Shown here: in pieces, positions 49,971 to 58,691 of the stretch
Layout of the letters: the number at the start of each line of letters is the position of its first letter
How positions within the stretch are numbered: position 1 is the first letter of the stretch
Source of the DNA: Candidatus Pyrohabitans jungbluthii
Lineage (GTDB): Archaea > Hydrothermarchaeota > Hydrothermarchaeia > Hydrothermarchaeales > BMS3B
Assembly: GCA_002010065.2 (NCBI GenBank)
Contig: MTMD02000002.1
Span: 32,001 to 96,000 of the forward strand
DNA: 64,000 nt
Direction: 5' to 3'
Position numbers and translations under genes: made by a program
Notes under the pieces: generated by a model
Told to the model about the DNA's origin: nothing
Seen by the model: only the letters and a program-made list of their open reading frames with translations
The model's database searches: none

Positions 49971-50219
49971 CTAACTTTTCTCTCTGATCTTAATTAGATA
50001 GATAAATTTCCCGTCCTCTTCACTCATATCTAAGAGCTCATTTCCAGTATGCTTAACCCACGCTGGAATGTCTTTTCTGGTGCCCAAATCAGTGGCTATG
50101 ACCTTTAGAACCTTCCCTGCTTCCATTTTGGATAATGCCTGTTTGACTCTAAAAATTGGCATGGGGCAAGCCATGCCAGAAACATCCAGCACCTCATCAG
50201 CTTCTATCAAGCCTCTCAC
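49971..50219 (-). CDS. tusA: Sulfur carrier TusA family
   Basis: LDVSGMACPMP, ATDLGTRKDIPAW. Confidence 0.93.
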   Translation of the reverse strand: MRGLIEADEVLDVSGMACPMPIFRVKQALSKMEAGKVLKVIATDLGTRKDIPAWVKHTGNELLDMSEEDGKFIYLIKIREKS

Positions 50220-50221
50220 CC

Positions 50222-50638
50222 TCAGAACGTAAGGACGACGTCTGCCTTCTGAGCCTTTTCCAGGAGGAACCAGGTTGCTCCGACGATGTCCTCAGCCTCA
50301 GGCACAAGGTTCTCCTTGGTAACGTCAAAAATCTGCGCAGCAAGGCTGCACACGTACATCCTTACCTTCCCTGTAGCCTTCAGCGCCTTGATAATCTCGT
50401 ACACGTCTGTGGGAAGCCCAGCCTCAGCCACCTTAGCCTTTATCATCTCATCGCTGCCTTCATGCTCCTTTGAGACCTTCAGATTCTCTGCACCACCTTT
50501 TGTCAGTACTCTGGCAGCCCAGTTTACGAACAGTATGTCAACCTCCATGTCAGAGGCGGCCCCGAGGTAGGCGAAAGCCAGAGGGGTCAAAATTCTATCG
50601 TATGCATCTTCCCTTACAATTATTGCCAGTCTCTTCAT
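50222..50638 (-). CDS. DsrE/DsrE2-family sulfurtransferase-like protein
   Basis: GAASDMEVDILFVNWA, MYVCSLA, IVGATWFL. Confidence 0.85.
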   Translation of the reverse strand: MKRLAIIVREDAYDRILTPLAFAYLGAASDMEVDILFVNWAARVLTKGGAENLKVSKEHEGSDEMIKAKVAEAGLPTDVYEIIKALKATGKVRMYVCSLAAQIFDVTKENLVPEAEDIVGATWFLLEKAQKADVVLTF

Positions 50639-50654
50639 ATCTTTTCCTCCTATC

Positions 50655-50670
50655 GAACGAACGTTCGTTC
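50655..50670. promoter_or_regulatory. Perfect 16-bp palindrome GAACGAACGTTCGTTC, putative TetR operator
   Basis: Self-complementary; lies just upstream of the dsrE RBS and downstream of tetR. Confidence 0.65.
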
Positions 50671-50707
50671 TATTGTAGAATAATAACCTGTGAAAAACAA
50701 CTTGAAA

Positions 50708-51286
50708 CTACCTTCTCAGCGCCCTCCAGCAGGAATCAAGAGTCTCATCCACATAATTTAAAAGGCTGTCCCGAATAACACCGTCCAGCTTTAGGGTTAT
50801 CAGCCTGATTGGAAGCCCCATTAAAGTTGCAGTTGCCAGCAGGGGGTCCATTTCCCTGATTTCCCCCTTTACAATGGCATCCGATACTATTTCCATGATA
50901 TAGTCAAATGGTTTAGAGGAACAGATAGTGCGGTTGTCCCTCAGGATTTCTCTGTGCTTTACATACAGGGCATACTCCATAATATCTGGGTACTCATCGG
51001 TAAGCCTGTAGAATACTTCAATAATCCTCCTGAATTTCTCTTTAACATCTTTTTCATCGCCGAGTGCCTCTTTCAGGTTTTTCATGAGAAACTGTACTGT
51101 ATCGTTGTAGAGGTACTCCGCAATATCTTCTTTTCCGTCAAAGTAGTGATATATCGCCCCTATGCTTAGCCCAGCCTCCCGCGAGATGTCCCGAATGGAG
51201 GTGTTAAAATACCCCTTTCTTGTGAAAAGTCTCCGGGCAGTTTTAATGATTTTACCTTTTGTTTCTGTGTCCATCTGAGACCTCAT
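50708..51286 (-). CDS. TetR/AcrR-family transcriptional regulator
   Basis: ARRLFTRKGYFNTSIRDISREAGLSIGAIYHYFDGKE. Confidence 0.96.
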   Translation of the reverse strand: MRSQMDTETKGKIIKTARRLFTRKGYFNTSIRDISREAGLSIGAIYHYFDGKEDIAEYLYNDTVQFLMKNLKEALGDEKDVKEKFRRIIEVFYRLTDEYPDIMEYALYVKHREILRDNRTICSSKPFDYIMEIVSDAIVKGEIREMDPLLATATLMGLPIRLITLKLDGVIRDSLLNYVDETLDSCWRALRR

Positions 51287-51364
51287 TTGTCTTACACCAG
51301 GTGGAGGTGCGAAATAATAACTTCTTCTAAAGGTTTGAGCAATTAAGAATAAAAATATTATGCG

Positions 51365-52264
51365 CTAGTCAATCATCCCGCCGGCACGCATCGCTCGCCG
51401 TGCTTTCTCAGCTATCTCCTCAGGCACGCGAACCTCTGGTGCGAGGTCTTCAAGGCACCACAACACCTTGGCGGCGTCGGTCAGCTTGTGGTTGCTGCAG
51501 CTTGCGCGCTCACTGGGGAAGTAGAATCGCTTTTCAGGAAACTCCCTCTCAAGGCGGTGCTTCATTCCTATCTCAGTGGCGACGATGAACTCCTCGCTGG
51601 GCGAGGCTCTGATGTGCTCCACCATTTGCTGTGTGTCAAGCACGTGGTCCGCGAGCGCAATCACGTCGCCCCTGCACTGAGGATGGACGAGCACCTCTGC
51701 ATTAGCGTGAGCCTCCTTAAGCCTTGAGACCTCACTGGCGAGAATACGCACATGGGGCGGACAGTACCCTTCAGCGATGATTAAATCTTTGCCGCTGGTG
51801 TTGCGGAGATAGCTCCCCACGTACTGGTCGGGCAGGAATATCGCCTTTTCGTTGAGTTCTGAGAGCACGCGAAGCGCTTTGCTGTGGTTGCATATGTAGT
51901 CGCACGCAGCATACTGCTCTGCCCTGGCTTTAATGTAGCCAACAACCTTCGCCTCGGGTGAGCGTTCTTTAATGCCCGCGATCTGCTCCACGCTCACCAT
52001 AGCCACCATGGGGCAGCGCGCCTCAGCGCTGGGAATGAGCACCTTCTTGTCAGGATTTAAAATCGCAATAAGCTCCGCCATGAAATCAATGCCGCACGCC
52101 ACAACCACGCTTGCATTGCTCTTCTGGGCAAAAAGGGCACATTCGAATTTATTCCCCACGAAGTCCGCTAAGTCCTGCACATCACCGGGTTGAAAATTGT
52201 GCGCCACTATTATGGCGTTGTGCTCCTCCTTGAGCTTCTCAATCCTGCGCTCAAGCTTAGCTAT
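51365..52264 (-). CDS. NadA (quinolinate synthase)-fold [4Fe-4S] protein with divergent active site
   Basis: AHNFQ, DFMAE, LNPDKKVLIP..ARCPM, GYCPPH, HPQC, ATEIGM, ASCSNHK; homology continues upstream to ATA 52264. Confidence 0.85.
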   Translation of the reverse strand: MAKLERRIEKLKEEHNAIIVAHNFQPGDVQDLADFVGNKFECALFAQKSNASVVVACGIDFMAELIAILNPDKKVLIPSAEARCPMVAMVSVEQIAGIKERSPEAKVVGYIKARAEQYAACDYICNHSKALRVLSELNEKAIFLPDQYVGSYLRNTSGKDLIIAEGYCPPHVRILASEVSRLKEAHANAEVLVHPQCRGDVIALADHVLDTQQMVEHIRASPSEEFIVATEIGMKHRLEREFPEKRFYFPSERASCSNHKLTDAAKVLWCLEDLAPEVRVPEEIAEKARRAMRAGGMID

Positions 52265-52634
52265 ACTCCTGCCCCCTGTAGTTGGCGATCGCCTTCTTCA
52301 GAGCGCGCACGCCAACTTCCTTGCAGCACCTGTTTATCTCAGGTAAGCCCCCCGCGGCGCGCTCTATATCGGCTAAGCCAAGCTCAGCCGCCTCCTTCAC
52401 GCTCTTACCCTCTGCCAGGCTTGCCAGTATTTCGCTGCTTGCTATGGCGGCGGCGCAGTTGTACGCCTGGAAGCGCGCCTCCTTTATCACGTCACCCTCA
52501 ACTTTGATGTAAAACTCCACCTCGTCGTCGCAGAGGGGGTGTACTTCTTTGCCCACGCCGCTGGCATCGCTCAGCATGCCCTCATGCCTAGCCTCGCGAA
52601 GTATTCGAGCGACCTCTTCACCCCTCAGAGGCAT
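52257..52634 (-). CDS. IscU/NifU-N-like scaffold paralog
   Basis: HPLCDD, YNCAAAIASS, GGLPEINRCC. Confidence 0.88.
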   Translation of the reverse strand: MPLRGEEVARILREARHEGMLSDASGVGKEVHPLCDDEVEFYIKVEGDVIKEARFQAYNCAAAIASSEILASLAEGKSVKEAAELGLADIERAAGGLPEINRCCKEVGVRALKKAIANYRGQEYS

Positions 52635-53025
52635 CTCCCTTCCCCGCTTTTTTCTTCTTGTAGTCCTCGATTGCTGCCTTCAAGCCATCGCTGGCGAGAA
52701 GCGAGCAGTGCATCTTTATCGGCGGGAGCCCGCCAACCGCGTCGGCGACATCCTCTTTGCTTATCTTCGCCGCCTCCTCCAGGGTTTTGCCCTTGGCAAG
52801 CTCCGTCACCATGCTACTCGTGCCTATTGCTGCGGCACAGCCAAAGGTCTCAAACTTTATGTCCTCGATTATCTCCTCGCCCTTTTCGTTCTTCCCGACT
52901 TTAATGTAGATGTACATCACGTCCCCGCACGCGGGGTTTCCCACCTTGCCCACGCCGTCGGGGTTCTCCATCCTCCCCATATTCCTGGGGTTTCTAAAGT
53001 GGTCTATCAAGGTTTTGCTATACAT
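52618..53025 (-). CDS. iscU: Fe-S cluster scaffold IscU/NifU
   Basis: YSKTLIDHFRNPRN, GNPACGD, FGCAAAI, LPPIKMHCS. Confidence 0.97.
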   Translation of the reverse strand: MYSKTLIDHFRNPRNMGRMENPDGVGKVGNPACGDVMYIYIKVGKNEKGEEIIEDIKFETFGCAAAIGTSSMVTELAKGKTLEEAAKISKEDVADAVGGLPPIKMHCSLLASDGLKAAIEDYKKKKAGKGDASEG

Positions 53026-54229
53026 GGCAGTGCTCGCCTCCTTTCCATTCTGTTCCCTCTACGTAATCCTCAAAGCTGTCCTTAAATGGCGATATATCGC
53101 GCAGGCGCTTAACCACGCGGGGCAGGACTTCAAGCAGGCGCTGCACATCTTCGCGGGTGGAAAACCTGCCAAGCGTGACGCGAAGCGAACCATGCGCCTC
53201 GGCGTGGCTCAGCCCTATCGCCGTTAAAACATGGCTCGGCTCAAGCGTTGGCGAGGAGCACGCGCTGCCTGTGCTCGCGCTTATGCCCTCGAAGTCCAGC
53301 TCCAGTATCAACCCCTCGCCCTCTATGAATGCAAAGGCGAAGTTCGCGTTGCCGGGGAGGCGCTGCTTGGGATGCCCGTTTAAGCGGGTGCGCGGTATCT
53401 TCAGCACCTCCTTAATAAGCTCGTCTCGAAGTTTTGTCAGGCGCTCCGTTTCGTCCTTCATCTCTTTCTTCGCTATCTCCGCTGCCTTGCCAAAGCCAAC
53501 TATGCCGGGGACGTTCTCAGTGCCGGAGCGCAGCTTTCTCTCCTGCCCGCCTCCATGAAACAGGGGCTCAAGTCTTGTGCCCCTAGCTACGAAGAGGGCG
53601 CCTATGCCCTTGGGACCATACATCTTGTGTGCACTCATGGCGAGCATGTCCACGCCAAGCTCTTCAACGTCTATCGCCACCTGACCGTTGCTTATGCACG
53701 CGTCGCTGAAGAAGGCAACGCCCTTATCCTGCGCCACCTCCGCAAGCTCCTTTATGGGCTCTATTGTACCTATCTCGTTGTTTGCGTGGTTGATTATGGC
53801 TAAGATGGTATCGCTGTTAATTGCATCCTCCAGCGTCTCGGGCTTAACGAGACCATATTCGTCCACATCTAGGTAAGAAACCTCAAACCCCTGCTTCTCG
53901 AGCCAACGGCACGCCTCAAGCACAGCAAAGTGCTCTATCTTGGAAACAACTATATGCTTTCCCTTGTTCTTATTCTTCAGCGCAAACCCCTTTATGGCAA
54001 GGTTGCACGCCTCTGTGCCGCCAGAGGTGAAGATTATCTCCTCGGGCGAGGCGTTTATCAGCTCAGCAACCTTAGCTCGAGCCTCCTCTACGGCTGCCTT
54101 TGCCTCCTGCCCAAATGAGTAAAAGCTGGTTGGGTTGCCGTACTTCTCAGTGAAGTAGGGCAGCATCGCCTCAACCACGCGTTCGTCCACCGGCGTAGTC
54201 GAGGCGTAGTCGAGGTACACTCTCCTCAT
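53018..54229 (-). CDS. iscS: Cysteine desulfurase IscS/NifS
   Basis: YLDYASTTP, FTSGGTE, NNEIGT, SAHKMYGPKG, RSGTEN, STGSACSS. Confidence 0.96.
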   Translation of the reverse strand: MRRVYLDYASTTPVDERVVEAMLPYFTEKYGNPTSFYSFGQEAKAAVEEARAKVAELINASPEEIIFTSGGTEACNLAIKGFALKNKNKGKHIVVSKIEHFAVLEACRWLEKQGFEVSYLDVDEYGLVKPETLEDAINSDTILAIINHANNEIGTIEPIKELAEVAQDKGVAFFSDACISNGQVAIDVEELGVDMLAMSAHKMYGPKGIGALFVARGTRLEPLFHGGGQERKLRSGTENVPGIVGFGKAAEIAKKEMKDETERLTKLRDELIKEVLKIPRTRLNGHPKQRLPGNANFAFAFIEGEGLILELDFEGISASTGSACSSPTLEPSHVLTAIGLSHAEAHGSLRVTLGRFSTREDVQRLLEVLPRVVKRLRDISPFKDSFEDYVEGTEWKGGEHCHV

Positions 54230-54230
54230 C

Positions 54231-54461
54231 TTAAACTTTCCTCCTTATGTACGCTTTTATTATCCCGCCTTCTCGCGCATAGCCAAGATACTCGTTCCCG
54301 GTTACACGGCACCAGGCAGGGAGGTCTTCAATTATATCTTCGTCGTCTGCAACTATCTCCAGAACTTCCCCGACGGCAAGCTTTTGCAAAGCTTCGCCAG
54401 CCTTTGCGAGAGGCACAGGGCAGTGCATACCCACGCAGTCCACGCTGAGCTTTGCCTTCAT
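54231..54461 (-). CDS. tusA: Sulfur carrier TusA family
   Basis: VDCVGMHCPVP, DLPAWCRVTGN. Confidence 0.92.
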   Translation of the reverse strand: MKAKLSVDCVGMHCPVPLAKAGEALQKLAVGEVLEIVADDEDIIEDLPAWCRVTGNEYLGYAREGGIIKAYIRRKV

Positions 54462-55594
54462 CTCTCCCGCAACCTGTTTATAACCTCCCCCGCCTCCTGC
54501 GCAACCCGCGCTACGTCTGCCTCGCTCGTGGGGATGCCGAAGGAGAAGAGCATGGCACCGCGGATTAGCTCCTGGGATAAGCCCATCGCCGCAAGCACGT
54601 GGCTCGCCTTCGCTGCTCGAGCCATGCAGGGCGAACCCGAGGTTATGTATATTCCTCGTGAGCTGAGCTCAGCCACGACAGCCTCGCCCTCTACCCCAGG
54701 GACGCTAATGTGCACATACATGGGGTTAACTTCGCTCGGGTGCCCGTTTATCTTGGCTTCGGGCACCTCACGGCGCAGCGCCTCTATAAACTTGCTCCTC
54801 AGCGTGCGCAGCTTCTCTAGGCGCTGCGACATCTCCCTCTCAGCCAGCTCTGCTGCCTTTCCCATGCCCACTATTCCTGCGACGTTTTCGGTGCCCGCTC
54901 TGTAACCGCGCTCTTGTATGCCGCCCTCTATCTGGGGCAGAAGCCTTACTCCACGAGCTAAATAAAGCGCTCCCACACCCTTAGGGCCATAGAAGCGGTG
55001 CGCCGAAAGGGTGTAGATATCTACGCCCAGCTCTTCCACCTTAGCGGGCACTATGCCAGCGGCGCTGACGCCGTCGCAGTGAAATGTTATCCCCCGCTCC
55101 TCGGCGATTTCGGCAATCTCCTTAATCGGCTGGAGGGTGCCCACCTCGTGGTTGGCGTGCTGCACAGAGATTAAAATCGTGTCGTCGCGAATCGCCTTCT
55201 CAAGCTCCTCCACGTTAACGCGGCCGTGCTCGTCAACGCCCACGCGGGTAACCTGCACCCCCTCGCGGGCTAAGCTCTGGAGCGGATGCATTATGGAGTA
55301 GTGCTCCACCGCAGAGATAACCACATGCCTCCCCCTCGCCTTATTAGCCTGAATCACGCCTTTAATCGCTAAGTTGTTTGCCTCCGCCCCGCCGGAGGTG
55401 AAGACTATCTCCTCGCTCCTCGCCCCCAAAAGCTGGGCTACCTTCTCCCTTGCCCCCTCCACAGCGCGCCTCGCTTTGAGCGCAAAGTCGTGCAGATTGG
55501 AGGGGTTCGCGTAGAGCTCGTCGAAGTACGGAAGCATCTCCTGCTTTACCTCTTGCAGCACAGGAGTAGAAGAGGCGTAGTCTGCGTAAATCAT
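54458..55594 (-). CDS. IscS-like protein lacking the PLP Schiff-base lysine
   Basis: YADYASSTP, FTSGGAEANN, SAHRFYGPKG, RAGTEN, TSGSPC; ATG 55594 after GAGGAG. Confidence 0.92.
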   Translation of the reverse strand: MIYADYASSTPVLQEVKQEMLPYFDELYANPSNLHDFALKARRAVEGAREKVAQLLGARSEEIVFTSGGAEANNLAIKGVIQANKARGRHVVISAVEHYSIMHPLQSLAREGVQVTRVGVDEHGRVNVEELEKAIRDDTILISVQHANHEVGTLQPIKEIAEIAEERGITFHCDGVSAAGIVPAKVEELGVDIYTLSAHRFYGPKGVGALYLARGVRLLPQIEGGIQERGYRAGTENVAGIVGMGKAAELAEREMSQRLEKLRTLRSKFIEALRREVPEAKINGHPSEVNPMYVHISVPGVEGEAVVAELSSRGIYITSGSPCMARAAKASHVLAAMGLSQELIRGAMLFSFGIPTSEADVARVAQEAGEVINRLRER

Positions 55595-55677
55595 TCTCCT
55601 CGCCTGAATAACGCTGCTCCTTCCCATCGCAAAATTGTTTGGAAAGGTTTAAGCAGCTTTAGTCAACATTCTGGTGC

Positions 55678-56493
55678 ATGCTCTACCTTATCCTCGCCTC
55701 ATTGATATGGGGAACCACGCCCATAGTGGCGAAGCTTGCGTATGCTCAGGGCATCTCACCCTTGGCGCTGGTCGAGGTGAGGCTTGTCGTGGGCGCGCTC
55801 CTCTTCGCCTTTTATCTCCGCAGCTTTCGCATGGAGCACCTCCTCAGTAAAGAGCTCCTCGCCCTCGCGCTTTTAGGCTTAGCCGCCAACTTCCTCTTCT
55901 ACCACTTGGCTGTGAAGCACACCTCTGCGGCGGCGGCGCAGGTGCTGGAAAGCACCTCCGTAGCCTTCGCTGCTCTCTTCGCCTACCTTCTGCGGGAGGA
56001 GAGGCTGAGCCAGCGCAAGCTCCTCGCCATAACCGCGAGCTTAGCAGGCTCAGCGCTTATATTCTACTCCCACGCCTCTGGTAGTAACCTGTTTGGCGAC
56101 ACCCTTGCAATTCTGGCGGCGCTAACCTGGGCGCTCTTCACTGTGCTTGCCTCACGTTTGCTTGCCTCGCTTCGCGAGGAGGAAGTGCTCCTGCTTGTCT
56201 TTACTATAGCTGCGCTCGCGTTGCTACCCTTCGCCGCAGCTTCGCCAGTGATAACCCTGAACGGCGCTTTGATTGCGTTTGCCATGGGGGCTGTGCACAC
56301 CTTCCTTGCCTACCTTCTCTACTTTCGGGGCATCGCGAGGGCGAAGGCTATTGCAGCTAGCATAGCTTTTGCTCTTTCGCCTGTGGTTGCGATAGCACTT
56401 TCTGCGCTACTCCTGCATGAGATGCTCACTCCAGCGTTTTACGCGGGCGCTGCTCTGATCATAGGCGGCATCCTCGTGGCAAGGGCGAGATAG
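55678..56493 (+). CDS. DMT/EamA-family transporter
   Basis: LIWGT, two EamA repeats, LREERL, HTFLAYLLY. Confidence 0.93.
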   Translation: MLYLILASLIWGTTPIVAKLAYAQGISPLALVEVRLVVGALLFAFYLRSFRMEHLLSKELLALALLGLAANFLFYHLAVKHTSAAAAQVLESTSVAFAALFAYLLREERLSQRKLLAITASLAGSALIFYSHASGSNLFGDTLAILAALTWALFTVLASRLLASLREEEVLLLVFTIAALALLPFAAASPVITLNGALIAFAMGAVHTFLAYLLYFRGIARAKAIAASIAFALSPVVAIALSALLLHEMLTPAFYAGAALIIGGILVARAR

Positions 56494-56526
56494 CACTTTT
56501 CCAATGTTAGCCTCCTGCGCGGGGGC

Positions 56527-57672
56527 ATGGAGATAATCACCACCTTCCCCCGCGGTCTGCGCTACGCGTGCACACTCGAGAGCTGCTTCACCTGCTGCTC
56601 CCTCTTCGAGGACATCCCGGTTACCATCGAGGAGATAAAGCGGGTGAAGGCGCTGGGGTATAAGGATTTTTACGAGGCACGGAGCGGGCGATACTTCATA
56701 AAGAAGCCCTGCACCTTCCTTGAAGACAAGCTGTGCTCTCTTCACAGGGAGCACGGCAAAGCCAAGAAGTTCATGACCTGCCGCAAGTATCCTTTCTCGG
56801 CGAGCGTGCTTGACAACGGGAGCGTAATCGTCGACGTGAAGTGGACATGCCCTGGCGTGGGGTTTGAGGGTGGAGAGGAGATAACCGAGGCGCTGCTTAG
56901 AGAAGAGTTTCTGGAAGACCTTCTCAAAGGCGGAGCAGAGGAGATAAAGCGAGGCGAGGTGGTTTACCTGCACAGCCCGAGCGGGCAGCGCATCCCGTGG
57001 GGAGCGCTTGTGAAGCTTCACTCAGGCATAGCCGAAGCCCTTGCTGGGGAGGGATTCTACGATACCCTGCTTTTGCTCACCGCTGCGGTGCGCCACCTGG
57101 GCAGCAACCTGGGTGGGAAGAGCTTTGTCTCCGAAAGCGACGCTGCCTCAGCCCTGGAAAGCTTCGAGGCGCGGTATCGCCAGGAGAGGGAGGCGTTGCT
57201 CCGCGAAGTAAAGGCGCAGGCACAGGTGGCGGTGGATATCCTTACAATATACGACTATTTTGATGAACTCTTTGAGTACGAGATTAACCCTGGCTACGCG
57301 GCGAAGAAACTGGGTATAGCAGAGGAGCTGGAGTTCGACGAGGACTTCGCCCGGCTCTTCTCCAAGCCTATATCCGCTGAAGCTCAGCGCTTGCTTGCCA
57401 TGCACACCAGGCAGAGCTTCATGGAGACTTTAGCAAGACCTTGGGATTTGCCCTCAGCCTACTTCTGGACCCTGGGCGTGGCCTGCGTCGCCGACTACTT
57501 AGCAAGGCTGCTTTCAAGCGATGAGGTTACCCGCGACGACGCGCGAAAGGCGCTCAGCATAGTGGACTTCCTCAACAAGCACTTCCGCTCCTTCCGCGAT
57601 TACTACTTCCCCCGCTACCCGGAGCTGGGAATGCAGTACCTGCAATTCCTGCTGGGTGGGGTGCTTGAATAG
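56527..57672 (+). CDS. YkgJ-family cysteine-cluster protein with helical C-terminal domain
   Basis: CTLESCFTCC, PCTFL..LCSLH, TCRKYPF, CPG. Confidence 0.85.
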   Translation: MEIITTFPRGLRYACTLESCFTCCSLFEDIPVTIEEIKRVKALGYKDFYEARSGRYFIKKPCTFLEDKLCSLHREHGKAKKFMTCRKYPFSASVLDNGSVIVDVKWTCPGVGFEGGEEITEALLREEFLEDLLKGGAEEIKRGEVVYLHSPSGQRIPWGALVKLHSGIAEALAGEGFYDTLLLLTAAVRHLGSNLGGKSFVSESDAASALESFEARYRQEREALLREVKAQAQVAVDILTIYDYFDELFEYEINPGYAAKKLGIAEELEFDEDFARLFSKPISAEAQRLLAMHTRQSFMETLARPWDLPSAYFWTLGVACVADYLARLLSSDEVTRDDARKALSIVDFLNKHFRSFRDYYFPRYPELGMQYLQFLLGGVLE

Positions 57673-57706
57673 AAAATATTAAAAGTCACAGCGCAAAACT
57701 CTCCCC

Positions 57707-58690
57707 ATGCCAGTCGCTTGTTTCGATCTTGAGGGGCCACTCTCGCCGCAGGACAACGCGTACGAAGTTATGGGTCTCGTGGATAGGGGGAAGGAGATTT
57801 TTGAAGTTATAAGCAGGTACGACGATCTACTCACGCTGGCGAAGAGGCAGGGGTATGAGCCTGGCGATACGCTCAAGCTGATCGTACCCTTTTTGATATA
57901 TCACGGCATCACCGAGGAAGACATAGAGCGCGTTTCTAAGCGCGCAAAGGTGGTGAATGGAGCAAAGGAAACAATAGCGCATCTGCGCGAAGCCGGCTGG
58001 AAGGTGCACATAATTTCGACAAGCTATCAGCAGCACGCGTATAACATAGCGGAGCAGCTTGGCGTCGCCAGAGAAGACGTTGCGTGCACAAAGCTTGAGC
58101 TGAGCAAATATCGCAACGCCGCTGGTGTGGAGCTGGTTGCAGAGGTGGAGAAGACTATCCTTGAAAAGCTTTACCCGCGCATGCGCGACGATGAGATCGT
58201 CGCAACTCTGGACGACTTCTTCTTTAACAAGCTTCAGCGCACACAGCTTGGCAAAGTTTTCAACGAGGTTCGCGTGGTCGGAGGCAGGCGCAAGGTTGAG
58301 GCTATGCTCGGCTTTCTTAAAAGGCATAACGCAAAGCTCAGCGACTGCGCAGCCATAGGCGACAGCATCACCGACTTTAAGATGCTCCGCGAGGTAAGCA
58401 GCGGCGGGGGCATTGCCATAGCGTTTAATGGAAATGAATACTCCCTGCCATACTGCGACGTCGCTATTGCTGCTCGCGATTTGCGTGCCCTTCTCCCTGT
58501 TATGGACGCCTTCGCCTCTGGTGGCAGAAGCGAGGCGCTTGAGGCGGCGCGCAAGCTTCAAAGCAGTGGAGATGATGAGGTGGAATATACGCTGTTCCCC
58601 GCTGCCAGCGACGAGAAGCTAAAGCTCACTCTTGAAGTGCACAAACGCTTTAGGGCGCTGGTTAGAGGCGATGCCGCAAAGCTGGGGTGA
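57707..58690 (+). CDS. HAD-superfamily protein (EhaR-like)
   Basis: FDLEGPLSPQDNAYE, SRYDD, GDTLKLIVPF, ISTSY, GDSITD, AFNGNEY. Confidence 0.88.
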   Translation: MPVACFDLEGPLSPQDNAYEVMGLVDRGKEIFEVISRYDDLLTLAKRQGYEPGDTLKLIVPFLIYHGITEEDIERVSKRAKVVNGAKETIAHLREAGWKVHIISTSYQQHAYNIAEQLGVAREDVACTKLELSKYRNAAGVELVAEVEKTILEKLYPRMRDDEIVATLDDFFFNKLQRTQLGKVFNEVRVVGGRRKVEAMLGFLKRHNAKLSDCAAIGDSITDFKMLREVSSGGGIAIAFNGNEYSLPYCDVAIAARDLRALLPVMDAFASGGRSEALEAARKLQSSGDDEVEYTLFPAASDEKLKLTLEVHKRFRALVRGDAAKLG

Positions 58691-58691
58691 G

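Noticed and set aside
47400-51360. Possible element integrated at tRNA-Cys
   Set aside because: No integrase and no duplicated tRNA 3' end found by eye; only a composition shift
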